DNA of 64,000 nt from Mobula hypostoma (GCF_963921235.1 NC_086108.1:16988001-17052000), one strand, 5' to 3'; positions 49,050 through 61,679 are shown, counted from the first letter of the stretch. Notes: generated by a model from the letters alone, not told the origin. Translations and numbers: made by a program.

Positions 49050-49360
49050 TTATTTTCATGTTACTAGTCTCTGTCCTGTGCCTATTAACTCCCACTAATT
49101 CTCCTGCCACTCACCTAAACTAAAAGCAATTTACAGTAATCGATAAACCTTGGGATGTGGGAGGAAACTGGAGCACCCATAGAAACTACCTCTGGCCCTG
49201 TGATTCAAATATACCTCTCCAATGATCTGCACTTAAGCAATGATTGCTCAAAGAAGATTACATTTGAGCAAATACAAACTCCACATGATAGCAGCTGAAG
49301 TCAGGATTGAACCAGTCTGCTGGATCAGTCAGCTCTAACTGCTGCACCATTATGTTGCCC
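49050..49360 (-). mobile_element. Degenerate V-SINE-like element
   Basis: GGGATGTGGGAGGAAACTGGAGCACCC; CAAACTCCAC...CAGGATTGAACC. Confidence 0.55.
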
Positions 49361-50456
49361 ATGGTCTTTTGTTTTTCATTCTTTTTACAGTTATTTGTTC
49401 TTGTATGCTTCCTGCCTCATTAAATTCAGTGTTTAGAATCTTATGTAATGATCAGTAAATCCATTTTAACTTCATCTGCTGCACCCCAGCTGAACCAGTT
49501 TAAGTATTTTCTAAAAGCATAATTACTTATGATCCCATGCTAGCATTTGTGATTTGGGGGTATTAGATGAAGGCTCCCTCTCAGCAACCCTCCCTCACTG
49601 TTCCATCCCATCAACTATTTGCATTGCACATCAGACTCGTGTTAATTGTCAATAGAGTAGGCCTTCTCACAAGTATTTCAAAGTCACGTACTGAATCCTG
49701 CCATTACCTCTGTACATCGCCAGTGATTGCATAGAGATGAATATCTTTGCACCATTTTGTTGGGAGTCAATCACAAAGATTTTGTAGGCATTCTGAATAA
49801 TTAATATGCTTCTATTGATTATAACATTAGCATTCAAACTGGCAATGCATGTTTTATCTAGTCACCTGCAGCTGATCCTAGAGGCTAAATTATTGCTCCT
49901 GATAGTCAGAGCCTTAGTCTGCATCGAGTGTCGCCTGTGTGTCTGATGATAGTATTGTACTCTACTTCAATGCTTTCTGCTGGCTGATCACCAAATAATG
50001 TCCTTTTGAATTTTTTCAGCATGGGTATACCAACATTGAGACTGATCAGTCTCACTGGTTGCAAGAGGAATTTAATTAAGACTTGCTGCGTGCATCCAGA
50101 GCATACCGACTCCAGTGATTTTCTCTGTTAAAATTTCACAAAGAAAACCAGACAGATTGGGTTAAATGGCTCCCATCTTTACATTAAGATGATATGGATC
50201 TTTAATATTTAGTTTTGTTCTTTCAAAATTCATACTGCAAAATGTATCAAAGCTCCTTGCAAAAATAATCTTCAGTCTGATTTATTGTTAGCATCACTAA
50301 AAGCGTTATATAATTGAAGCTCTTTGTTCAGCATATGTATTTTTTCTACCTATAACATTCCCTTAAAATGGTTTAAAGGTTAAACAGACAGAAATATAAA
50401 CATTTGTAATCTAGTTAACTAAATTTGTAATTACATTGTGAGCAGCTCAGATTATC

Positions 50457-50545
50457 TGTCCTGATGAGGGTTCTTGGCTCGAAACAGCAACTGCTTATTT
50501 CCCTCCGTAGATGCTGCCTGACTTGCTGAGTGTGTGTTGCTCAGA
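50457..50545 (+). mobile_element. Short Penelope-like terminal fragment with degenerate hammerhead motif
   Basis: GTC-CTGATGA-GGGttcttggCTC-GAAAC followed by AGATGCTGCCTGACTTGCTGAG. Confidence 0.65.
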
Positions 50546-50792
50546 GTATCTGTAATATTCTTGTCCCATTCAGATAAAAATACAATTGTAATAAAAGAAG
50601 CTTGGTAGATATTCTCAAAATTAGCATTGGAAAACTTGCAATATGAATGTCTTCTTTGATAAATTATTGATAGCAAGCATGTTTGTTGTCAGAAGGATGG
50701 CTCAAAAAGATGGCTGTTTTTCTTTATATGTACGGTAGAGGCATTAAGCGTATTCAGCTTAATACATGGAAAGCAGTTTTGGGTCATTTTAG

Positions 50793-51320
50793 TGTAACAC
50801 CCTAGGAAGGGTTTCACTGCTAATATAATGGTCTTGCTGTAGCCACAGTGTTTCGGTTATGGTTATGTCCAATGAGGGGAGTGTTTTTCTTGCTGTGTGC
50901 CTGACTCCGAGGGTGTTTTGTTTGGCAAGAGATGAAGAGAGAAGACAGCAGAAAGGAGAGGTTGTAGACAGTAGGACGGAGTGGACTTGGAGTTGACGAA
51001 GTCTGGGGAAATCGATGGAGGACCAGTGGAAGGGAAACAGTGAGCTCCAACTTGTGCACATTAGACTGTCTCATTAGAATGAGCCCTTTTCTTTTTGTTT
51101 TACTTTACTAACCCTTTAGTCAAATTAAGAATTATAAAGCTAGATCGTTTATTTGCATATGGCATACTGTCTTTTATTTCGTGGTACTGATTTGTAACAG
51201 GGTAACACATCATGCAGCATCCACACAAACAGAAGGTTTTGCACCTCAATCTCACACGTTTGGTGGGGCCAGAGATGGTTTTCCCTAGACTTACGCAGCC
51301 GACAGAACCTGAGGGTTACA
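50793..51320 (+). mobile_element. Complete LTR (528 bp) of a Gypsy-type element
   Basis: TGTAAC...GTTACA inverted termini; second partial copy at 57547-57984; followed by gag-like sequence. Confidence 0.85.
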
Positions 51321-51431
51321 ATAATGGGGATTGATTTCGTTGGATGCTGTGGGATTGCCCTGAGCATTGAACCAGTGGGTTGTGTATTTAAATCTGTGCT
51401 AAACTATTGTCCAGTAAAGCGATTACAATAC

Positions 51432-51548
51432 ATGGCTATGGATGCTGCCAGGGTTGAGCAGTGGTGTGTGTCCTCAGGGTTACAGGTAATGAATGTGTGT
51501 GTGTTGAGTGGGGTGGATATTGGTATTCCTGATGAATTGTTAATTTGA
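51432..51548 (+). pseudogene. Start of PNMA-like Gypsy gag, truncated
   Basis: MAMDAARVEQWCVSSGLQVMNVCVLSGV resembles the PNMA-family gag N-terminus; lies just downstream of the LTR. Confidence 0.55.
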
Positions 51549-51579
51549 CTTTTAAGTACTGTTGCAGGAAGCAGTTAAT

Positions 51580-53033
51580 GAAGCTCGTTGACTTCATTAA
51601 CTTTGCCTCCAACTTTCACCCTGCCCTCAAGTTTACCTGGTCCATTTACGACACCTCCCTCCCCTTTCTAGATCTTTCTGTCTCTATCTCTGGAGACAGC
51701 TTATCTGCTGATGTCTACTATAAGCCTACTGACTCTCACAGCTATCTGGACTATTCCTCTTCTCACCCTATCTCTTGCAAAAATGCCATCCCCTTCTCGC
51801 AATTCCTCCGTCTCCGCCACATCTGCTCTCAGGATGAGGCTTTTCATTCCAGGACGAGGGAGATGTCCTCCTTTTTTAAAGAAAGGGGCTTCCCTTCCTC
51901 CACTATCAACTCTGCTCTCAAATGCATCTCCCCCATTTCATGCACATCTGCTCTCACTGCATCCTCCTGCCACCCCACTAGGAATAGGGTTCCCCTTGTC
52001 CTCACCTACCACCCCACCAGCCTCCAGGTCCAACATATTATTCTTCGTAACTTCCACCACCTCCAGCGGGATCCCACACTAAGCACATCTTTCCCTCACC
52101 CTGTCTCTCTGCTTTCCACAAGGATCTACGCGACTCCCTTGTCCATTTATCCCCCCCATCCCTCCCCACCGATCTCCCTCCTGGCACTTATCCTTGTAAG
52201 CGGAATAAGTGCTACACATGCCCTTACACTTCCTCCCTTACCATCATTCAGGGCCCCAGACAGTCCTTCCAGGTGAGGCGACACTTCACCTGTGAGTCAG
52301 CTGGGGTGATGTACTGCATCCGGTGCTCCCGATGTAGCCTTCTATATATTGGCAAGACCTGATGCAGACTGGGAGATCATTTCGCTAAACACCTACGCTC
52401 TGTCCGCCAGAGAAAGCAGGATCTCCCAGTGACCGCACATTTTAATTCCACGTCCCATTCCCATTCTGATATATCTATCAACGGCCTCCTCTACTGTGGA
52501 GATGAAGCCACAGTCAGGTTGGAGGAACAACACCTTATATTCCATCTGGGTAGCGTCCAGCCTGATGGCATGAACATTGATTTCTCTAACTTCTGCTAAT
52601 GCCCCACCTCCCCCTCGTACCCCATCCGTTATTTATGTACACTCATTCTTTCTCTCTCTCTCCTTTTCCTCCCTCTTTCCCTCTGACTATACCCCTTGCC
52701 CATCCTCTGGGTTTTCCCCCCCTCCCCCTTTTCTTTCTCTCTGGGCCTCCTGTCCCATGATCCTCTCATATCCCTTTTGCCAATCAACTGTCCAGCTCTT
52801 GGCTCCATCCCTCCCCCTCCTATCTTCTCCTATCATTTTGGATCTCCCCCTTCCCCTCCCACTTTCAAATCTCTTACTAGCTCTTCTTTCAGTTAGTCCT
52901 GATGAAGGGTCTTGGCCCGAAATGTCGACTGTACCTCTTCCTAGAGATGCTGCCTGGCCTGCTGTGTCCACCAGCAACTTTGATGTGTGTTGCTTGAATT
53001 TCCAGCATCTGCAGAATTCCTTGTGTTTGCGTT
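51580..53033 (+). mobile_element. 5'-truncated Penelope-like element: RT C-terminus, GIY-YIG endonuclease, terminal repeat
   Basis: NFHPALKFT, LPFLD, VYYKPTDSHSYLDYSSSHP; GVMYCIRCSRCSLLYIGKT at ~52304-52360; terminal repeat nearly identical to 7877-8079. Confidence 0.92.
52895..52930 (+). ncRNA. Minimal hammerhead ribozyme motif in the PLE terminal repeat
   Basis: AGTC-CTGATGA-agggtcttggccc-GAAA-TG-TC-GACT. Confidence 0.6.
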
Positions 53034-54400
53034 CATAACCAAGCTGATTCCTTCCTTGATTAACAAAGTTACCCCTCCTCCTCTCTTTTTCTTGACTTTT
53101 CTTTTGGAGTCACGAATAAGCAGAGCATTGAGTTCCCAGTCCTGGTCATTCTACAACAATGTCAGTGTAGATCATATTTGTGCCCTTAACTTCTTTACTT
53201 TGTTATACATGCGATGTGAATTCAAGTGAAGGGCCTTCATCTATAACTGTTTGCACTTCACATATTCCAGGTTTACTTTCTGCTGTGCAGTTTTGCTTAT
53301 AATTTATGCATCTTCTTGTCATGATTTTCAATTTCCTCCTCATTATCCTGTACTACTGTATTACTACTCTCTCGTATCTTTATCATTTGTTAAACCCCTC
53401 ATCACTGCATCAATCCTACCCCTCACCCACCCACAATTAGTTTAAAACCTGTTCTACAACCCAATTTATGCAATTTTCCAGAACATTAAAGTTCCAATGA
53501 AGCCTGCACATGTGGAACAGTTCCCTCTTTAACCGGTACTGGTGCCTGTGTCCCATGAATCGGAATACATTTCTCTCACACCAGTCTTTGAACAGTGCAT
53601 TTACTTTTCCAATAACGTTTACATCTGCCAGTTTGCAGTTGGCTTGGATAAGCCAGAGATAATTATCTTTGTGGTTCTGCTTTTCAATTTTGTCCCAAAA
53701 TTGAGGATAATCTCTGTCTCTCTCTCTCTCTCTCTCCCTCTTTCTCTTGATGGTGGGGGAGAGTTTGCTGCTGACTCTTGAGTCGGAAAACTCAGATTAA
53801 AAGTGACACAGCAGACTGTAACTTTGTAATCAGTGAACTGTTTTGTTGGTCTGCCCTCTCACTGTGAAAGGGTGATACCTCTCTGTCCCTTGTTAGTGAG
53901 AGAGAGAACCTGTGGCATGTTGTAGGGTGGCAATTAGTCTTTGTGGGACTGCAGATCATGGTCTCTCTTCGGGGACTTTGCTATTGCTTGCTTGGTGGGT
54001 GGGGAGTGCTGATGCTTCCTGCTGAAGTATGTGGGGAGGAAGGGAGGGAGAGGATTGATGCATTGGTGCTGCTTGTGTGTAGGAGGGGGAGGGGTGCTTT
54101 GGGGTTCTAATGTTTTACTGTCATTCATTCCTTGGGTTTTTTCTGTTTCTGTGGATGTCTGTGAAGAGTAAAAATTTCAGGTTGTATACTGTATACATTC
54201 TCTGATATTAAATGGAACCATTGAACCATTGAATTCATTCATAATCCCTTAGCAGAACCTCCTTCCAAGTCCTATTTCTTAAGTGCATATGTAGATCATC
54301 ACAACTAAATTCTTTCCCACTTCAAATTCTTCGCCAATCCAGAAGAATTTAGATCTAACACCAGGAAAATAATACAATCTTCAGGATGTATTCATTTGGT
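53034..54400 (-). mobile_element. Very degenerate CR1 ORF1/ORF2-junction remnant, interrupted at ~53715-54232
   Basis: ATTAGTTTAAAACC at ~53436 and following sequence resemble 35735-36100. Confidence 0.45.
53715..54232 (+). repeat. Unclassified interspersed repeat with short-repeat tail
   Basis: Similar to the reverse complement of 54875-55330; ends ATTAAATGGAACCATTGAACCATTGA. Confidence 0.65.
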
Positions 54401-54509
54401 CTAAATCCTGAAATAGCAATATGGTATTCCTTTCACCAAATGCAATGCAGTAGTTGTTCTTTTAAGTATTGGTAATAAATATTGCTCTTGCCAGCGATAC
54501 CTACACAAG

Positions 54510-54725
54510 GCGATATGGTAACATTGCAATTAGCATGACGGTGATTGGGGTTCAATTCTTGCTGCTGCTTGTAAGGAGTTTGTACTGTGACCATGTGGGT
54601 TTCCTTCGGGTGTTCTGGTTTCCTCCCACATTGCAAAGATGTACAGATTAGTAAGGGTTAGTAAAATGTGGGCGTGCTGTGTCGATGCAGGAAGCATGCT
54701 GGCATTTGCGAGCTGCCCACAGCAC
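54510..54725 (+). mobile_element. V-SINE-like element
   Basis: GGGGTTCAATTC B-box-like motif; TGTGGGTTTCCTTCGGGTGTTCTGGTTTCCTCCCACATTGCAAAGA. Confidence 0.75.
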
Positions 54726-54869
54726 ATCTGCAAACTGTCTATCTTTCAATGTATATTTAACAAAGATAACCTTTATTCTGAAAAACAAATAAATAACTGC
54801 ATTTGGGATCCCCCATTTTGGTCTCCTACTTCCAGATGATTTTTATAAACTTAAGTTCTCAAAGGTTGC

Positions 54870-55680
54870 AAAGGTACATTTAATTTCAGAGAAATGTATA
54901 CAATATACATCCTGAAATTCTTTTCTTTTGCCACCATCCACAACAACAGAGGAGCTCCCCAAAGAATGAACGGCAGTTAAACGTTAAAACTCCAAAGCCC
55001 CCCGAGCTCCCCCCTCCCACACATGAGCAGCAGCAAGGCAATGACCCTCCCCCACCAGCAAAACAGCATCGGTGCCCCCCACTGAGCACTCAAGTATGCA
55101 CCAAAGCATCAATAAAGACACAGACTTACAGTACCCCAAAGACTACCTGTTCACTCGGTAATTTGACATACCACAGGCTCTCTCTCTCTCCCTAGCAAGG
55201 GAAAAAGAGGTGTCCCTGTTTCACAGTGAGAGGGGAGACATAACAAACAACTCTCTGATTTACGGTGTTAAAAGTCTGTTGCGTTGCTTTTTCTGAGCTC
55301 TGTGTTCAAAGAACTTGGGTCCCTGGGCACACAGCCAGCAGCCAGCTCACTGCTTTTGATCTTCCGTGTACTCCCACGACACACCAATTTCCTACAGAGG
55401 CACCGACCTCAAGTTCGCCCGCCTCCAGAGCCACGAAATCACAGAACCCTGAAGGCGCGCTAGTCTTCCAGGCTGTGTCCTTGGTATATTAAATAGCAGC
55501 CAGTCATGAGACCCCGAGAGCGGGTCCTATTCCCACAAAGAACTGAAGTCAGCATGTAACTCCAGGTCAGGGTCTTCAAAAGAACCCTGAAAGGGAAAAA
55601 TAGAGATATTGAAGATAGAAATAGAGCTGTTTCCAAAGATGCAAGCAAAGGAGTCGCCATTAGGCGCCATTGTCCTCCTA
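54870..55680 (-). repeat. Longer copy of the unclassified repeat at 53715-54232
   Basis: CATTTAATTTCAGAGAAATGTATACAATATACATCCTGAAATT is a near-perfect reverse complement of 54173-54213. Confidence 0.65.
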
Positions 55681-55819
55681 AGTTCCAGTTATACTTTAGT
55701 CTTCTCTTTGACCAGTGGCCAATCTGGACATCAGAAGTTTTGAGAGGGGGTAGGCCATCAATCAGGTCCACTGCCCGAGTACAAAAGGCAGCAGCTGATT
55801 TAAACAATGAAAGGGGCTT

Positions 55820-56410
55820 TGACCAGTGATCAATTGGTATTTGAGATTGATTAGCAAGAGCAAATTAAAGGAAGGCAGGGACAAGCACAGCGGATGTTGT
55901 CGCAGTGGACTTCTGAGTGGACGAAGGCAAAGTGGTGATCTTGAGGCTTTAGCTCTTTGGGGCTTCAGTGAAGGGAGGCTTCAATCAGAGAAAGCAAAAG
56001 GAAAGTATTTTTTTCTGTCCATTATTTATAACTGCTCAGTTAGGGCAGTAGAGGTGCCAGGCAGGATGGCTGAATGTTCCCCTTGCAGTATGTGGGAAGG
56101 CAGGGAGACCTCCAGTGTCCCTGATGACTACAACTGCGAGAAGTGCATCCAGCTGCAGCTTCTTACAAGCCACATTAAGGAGCTGGAGCTGGAACTGGGT
56201 GAACTCTGGATCATTCGGCAGGCTGAGGGGGTGATAGATAGGACAAATAGGACAAATAGAGAGGTAGTTACAGCCAAGGTGCAGGACACAGGAAACTGGG
56301 TGACAGGAAGGGGAAAGGGGTTCAGGGGCCAGTGCAGAGAACCCCTGTGGCCATCCCCCTCAACAACAGGTATATCATGATGGATACTGTCGGGGTATGA
56401 CCTAACAGCA
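55820..56410 (+). mobile_element. CR1 5' UTR and ORF1 N-terminus (zinc finger / leucine zipper)
   Basis: CSPCSMWE...CEKCIQLQLLTSHIKELELEL. Confidence 0.8.
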
Positions 56411-57546
56411 GTGAGGACCAAGAAGGTACGGACAAGGGAAGCACAGAACTGCTTTGAATCGGTGGACTGGACTGTATTCAGGGATTCATCTTCAAACCTG
56501 GATGAGTATGCTGCAGTTATTACCGACAGTGTGGATGAGTGTGTGCCTACAAAGACTGTTTGTACATTCCCAAACCAAAAGCCGTGGATGAACCAGGAGG
56601 TACGTCGTCTGCTGAAGGCTAGATCTGTGGCATTCTGGGCTGGTGACCCAGATCTGTACCAGAAACCAGGTATGACTTACAGAGGGCTATTTCAAGGGCG
56701 AAGAGGCAATTTTGAACGGAGGCGACATCGGATGTACGACAATTCTGGCAGGGTTTGCAAGATATTACTTCCTACAAAGTGAAACCCAATAGCATGAATG
56801 GCAGCGATGCTTCAGTATCAGATGAATCCAATGCCTTCTATGCCTTCTTTGAAAGGGAAAATATAACCACAGCTGTGAAGATCCCGGCTGCACCCGGTGA
56901 CCCTGTGATCTCCGTCTCGGAGGCTGATGTTAGGCTGTCTTTAAAGAGGGTGAACCCTCGCAAGGTGGAAGGTCCCAATGCAGTACCTGGCAAGGCTCTG
57001 AAAACTTGTGCCAGCCAACTGGTGGGAGTATTCAAGGGCATTTTCAACCTCTCACTGCTATAGGTGGAAGTACCCACTTGCTTCATAAAGGCAATAATTA
57101 TATCAGTGCCTAAGAAGAATAATGTGAGCTACCTTAATGACTATCGCCAAGTAGCACTCTCATCTACAGTGATGAAATGCTTTGAGAGGTTGAACCTGGA
57201 TCCACTGCAATTTGCCTATTGCCACAATAGGTCAACAGCAGATGCAATTTCAATGGCTCTTCACACGGCCTTGGACTGCCTGGACAACTACCTGGACATA
57301 CCTATGTCCAGATGACTATAGCTCAGCACTTAACACCAACATTCCCACAATCCTGATTGAGAAATTACAAAACCTGGGCCTCTGTGCCCCACTCTGCAAA
57401 TGGATCCTCGACTTCCTAACCAGAAGACCACCATCTGTGCAATTGGTGACAATATCTTCTGGCGATGAACACTGGCGCACCTCAGGCGTGTGTACTTAGC
57501 CCATTGCTCTACTCTCTCTATACCCATGACTGTGTGGCTAGGCATA
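56411..57546 (+). mobile_element. Rex1/Babar-type LINE internal fragment
   Basis: [76 protein letters not shown]. Confidence 0.88.
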
Positions 57547-57984
57547 AGTACCACAAGATAACAGACAGTACACCGCATACAATTAAACGATTTAGCTTTA
57601 CAATCCGTAATTTGACGAAAGGGTTAGTGAAGAAAAAGCAAAAAAAAAGAAAAGGGCCCATTTTAATGATATAGTCTTATGTGCAAAGTTGGAACTCACA
57701 GTTTCCTCTTTATCGATCCTCCTTCGATCTCCCTGGGCTTCATCAGATCATGGCCCCACTCCGGGTCAAGTCCTATGACCTCTTCTCTCCGGCATCTTCT
57801 CCCTTCATCTCCCACCAAACAAAAGACCCAGCTCACCCCGGTGTCAGGCACACGACACGAAAACACACTTCCTTCATTGGTAGGCTCACAATCTAAATCA
57901 CACATTATCTCTAACCATAACCCAAATACTGCTTCTACTGAAAGACCATTACGTTAGCAGTGAAACCTTTCCCAGGGTGTTACA
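57547..57984 (-). mobile_element. Partial LTR, same family as 50793-51320
   Basis: Minus strand begins TGTAACACCCTGGGAAAGGTTTCACTGCTAA, versus TGTAACACCCTAGGAAGGGTTTCACTGCTAA at 50793. Confidence 0.85.
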
Positions 57985-59796
57985 AGTATTTTGCATTAGT
58001 TTTCACTGTGGAAGACATTAGCAGTGTGATGGAAGTTCCAGGTGTCAGGGGGCATGAAGTGTGTGAAGTTACCATAACTAGAAAGAAGGTTCTTGGGACA
58101 CTTAAAGGTCTGATGCTGTACACCACAGGGTTCTGAAGAAGGTTGTTGAAGAGATCATGGAAGCATTAGTATTGATCTTTCAAGAATCACTAGATTCTGG
58201 AATGGCTCCAGAAGACTAGAAAATTGCAAATCTTACTCCACTCTTCAAGAAGGGAGAGAACCAGTTAGCCTGACCTTAATAGTTCGGAAGATGTTGGAGT
58301 CGATTATTAAGCATGAGGTCTCAGGGTACACATGATAAAACAGGCTGTAGTTAACGTGGTTTCCTCAAAGGAAAATCTTCCTTGACAAATCTGTTGGAAT
58401 TCTTTGAAGAAATAACAAGCTGAGTAGGCAAAGGAGAATCGGTCGATGTTGTGTACTTGGATTTTCAGAAGGCCTTTGACAAAGGGCCACACATGAGACT
58501 GCTTAACAAGCTACAAGCCCATGGTATTACAGGAAAGATTCCAGCATGAATAAAACAGTGGCTGATTGGCAGAGGCAAAGAGTGGGAATAAAGGGAGCAC
58601 TTTCTGGTTGGCTGCTGGTGACTAGTGGTGTTCCACATGGGTCTGTTGGGACCGATTCTTTTTGCGTTATATGTCAATGATTTGGATGATGGAATTGATG
58701 ACTTTGTTGCAAAGGTTGCAGAAAATATGAAGATAGATGGAGGGGCAAATAGTTTTGAGAAAGTAAATCGTCTACAGAAGACTATCTAGATTAGGAGATC
58801 GGGGGAAAATGGCAGGTGGAATAGTGTCAGGAAGTGTATGGTCATGTACTTTGATAGAAGAAATGAAAGGGTTGACTATTGCTAAATGGAGAGAAAATAC
58901 AAAAAACTGAAGTATTAAGGGACTTGGGAGTCCTTGTGCAAGATTCCCTGAAGGTTAATTTGCAGGTTGAGTCTGTGGTGAGGAAGGCAAATGTGATGGC
59001 AACATTAATTTCAAGAGAACTAGAATATAAAAGCAAGGATATATTGTTGAAACTTTATAAAGCACTGGTGAGGCCTCACTTGGAGTATTGTGAGCAGTTT
59101 TGTGCCTCTTATTTTAGAAAGAATGTGCAAAAACTGGAGAGGGTGAAAGAAGTGTCACAAAAATGATTCCAGGATTGAATGAGGTACAGTCGACGTTTCA
59201 GGCCGAGACCCTTCATCCTGACAAAGGGTCTCGGCCTGAAACGTCGACTGTACCTCTTCCTAGAGATGCTGCCTGGCCTGCTGCGTTCACCAGCAACTTT
59301 GATGTGTGTTGCTTGAATTTCCAGCATCTGCAGAATCCCTGTTGTTTGTTCCAGGATTGAATGGCTTATCATATGAAGAGCATTTGATGGCTCTGGGCCT
59401 GTATTCACTAGAATTCTGAAGATTGAGGGGTGACCTCATTGAAACCTATCAAATGGTGAAAGGCTTTAATTAAGTGGATGTGAAGAAGATGTTTCCTGTG
59501 GTGGGAGAGTCTAAGCCCAGAGGACACAGCCTCAGAATAGAGGTGTGTCCTTTGGAGATGAGGAGGAATTTCTTTAACTGAGAGTGATGAATCGGTGAAA
59601 TTCTTCACCACAGGCAGATGTGGATCTCAAGTCTTTATGTATATTTAAGGCAGTGGTTGATACATTCTTGATTGGTCAAGGAATGAAGGGATATGGGGAG
59701 AATGCAGGAGATTGGGGCTGAGAGGAAAATTGGATCAGCCACGATGAAATGGTGGAGACTCGATGGGCCAAAAAACCTAATTCTGCTCCTATATGT
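57985..59796 (+). mobile_element. Degenerate CR1 LINE (ORF2 and 3' UTR) containing a PLE micro-insertion
   Basis: DFQKAFDK-coding DNA; RDLGVLVQDSLKVNLQV...LVRPHLEYC; CR1 3' UTR. Confidence 0.9.
59182..59348 (+). mobile_element. 167-bp Penelope-like micro-insertion with 5' inversion and 15-bp TSD
   Basis: TTCCAGGATTGAATG at 59167-59181 and 59349-59363; perfect 33-bp inverted arms 59181-59213 and 59224-59256. Confidence 0.92.
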
Positions 59797-60200
59797 TATG
59801 ACTGTTGAAGTCAGTGTCACTGGGCGGTAATCATTTAAGCCAGTTACCATTGTTCTCTTGGGCACTGGAATGATGGTGGCTGTCTTGAAGACTGCAGGGA
59901 CGTGGGCTGTTTGAGAGATATTAAAGATGTCCATTAAGGCCTCTGTTAGCTGGGCCGCACAGACACTCAGCGCCGGACCAGATATGTTGTCCGGTTCTGC
60001 AGCTTTGCGTGGGTTTACCCTGGCAAGGGTCCTCCTCGCCTTGGGTGCGGCCTGACAGGGTGCTTGTTCCTCAGGAAGAGTGGGGGTTTTCCTCGATGTC
60101 ATATCATTCAATTGATCAGGTCGTGCAGTGAAAGCATTCAGCCTGTAATGGTCATTAACATGCAGGATGGACTTGGACTTACAATTGTGTCCAGGAAATG
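59797..60200 (-). mobile_element. Rex1/Babar-type LINE fragment
   Basis: VNPRKAAEPDNISG...CAAQL...FKTATIIPVPK...LNDYRPVTLTS. Confidence 0.85.
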
Positions 60201-60489
60201 ACATTAAACAATGTTGAATATTCCCCTGTTCTACCATCATTGTACCTACCCACTTGATCTCTAAGCAGCCTGTGATCACATTTTTGTATCAATATCTATT
60301 TCCTCACAATTATCTATATTGAATGTCATGTGGGCAATTAGAAACCCATTCACAGAATGGCATTTTGAAAACATATTAATCTTTTGTGTTTTGCCACTAA
60401 ACTGATCTCTGTTAATGAAACAAGACCCATCTTATGCCCCATTCAGTTTAGTAGCATTCACAGGTTTACAATTGACCTTCCAATTAATT

Positions 60490-61679
60490 ATTGAGTCAAG
60501 GAGTCATACAACATTGTAACGTCTTATTCCTTTGGCCTGCTATTTCCATGCCAGTAGTCAGTTATCAATCTGTACTAATCTGATTTACCAGCGCTTACAC
60601 TGTAGTACCTTGGCAATTCAAGTAGTTCTTTAGTTACTTCCAAATGTCTCGAGATACTACCTCCATCATTCCAGATACCAACCATCATCTGGAAGAAGAA
60701 TTCTTCTTAGATCCCCTTCAGACTGCTTAACCTTACTCTTAACCAATGTCTTCTTTTGACAGCAGCATGGTGATGTTTCCTGCTATCTAACCTCTCTATG
60801 TCCCTCAAAATTTTGAATATCTCTGTCAGATCTCCCCTCAGCCTCCTTTGCTCCAAGAGAAAACCAGACTACTTCGCCAAGCACCTATGCTCTGTCCACC
60901 AGAACAAGTGGAATCTCCCAGAGGCCGATGTAGATTGCGAGACTGCTTCGCCAAGCACCCATGCTCTATCCACCAGAAAAAGTGGGATCTCCCAGTGGCT
61001 ATTCATTTCAATTCCACTTCCCATTCCCATTCCGATATGTCCATCAATGGCCTCTTCCACTGTCGTGATGAGGCGACACTTAGGTTGGCGGAACAACACC
61101 TTATGTTCCATTTGGGTAGCCTCCAACCTGATGGCACGAACATCGATTTCTCAAACTTCTGGTAATCCTCCGCTTCAACATTTCCCTCTCTCACCTTATC
61201 TCCTTGGCCACCCATCACCTCCCTCTGGTGGTCCTCCCCCCTTTTCTTTCTTCCATGGCCTTCTCTCGCTTTCACTAATCAACTTCCCAGCTCTTTACTT
61301 CATCCCTCCCCCTCCACCTGGTGGTTCTCCCTCCCCTCCCCCACCTTTTAAATCTTTTTTTTCTCCAGTCTCGTCGAAGCCTTTTGGCCTGAAACTGTAT
61401 TATTTTCCTAGATGCTGCCTGGCCTGCTGAGTTTCTCCAGGATTTTATGTGTGTTTCTTAGATTTCCAGCATCTGCAGATTTTCTCTTGTTTGTGATTGG
61501 AAAACCAGATCTTCTAGATTTTTCTCATAGCTGAGTTTCCACCCTGGGTATCATCGTGGTGAATATCCTGTGCACCCTCTCCTGTGCAATCACATCCTTT
61601 CTATATTGTACAGTCAGTAAGTTCACACAGTGCTCAAGTTAAGGCCTAAGCATTGGTTTATAAAAATGCTATAACCTCT
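60490..61679 (-). mobile_element. Old CR1 3' fragment interrupted by a PLE
   Basis: TCAGATCTCCCCTCAGCCTCCTTTGCTCCAAGAGAAAA before the PLE; CR1-like sequence resumes at 61500. Confidence 0.6.
60866..61499 (+). mobile_element. Penelope-like 3' fragment with 5' partial tandem duplication and 10-bp TSD
   Basis: HFNSTSHSHSDMS...EQHLMFHLGSLQPDGTN; GAAAACCAGA at 60859-60868 and 61500-61509. Confidence 0.85.

Noticed and set aside
50793..57984. One LTR retrotransposon bounded by the two LTR copies
   Set aside because: The LTRs are inverted and diverged, and the interior is unrelated LINE and PLE debris
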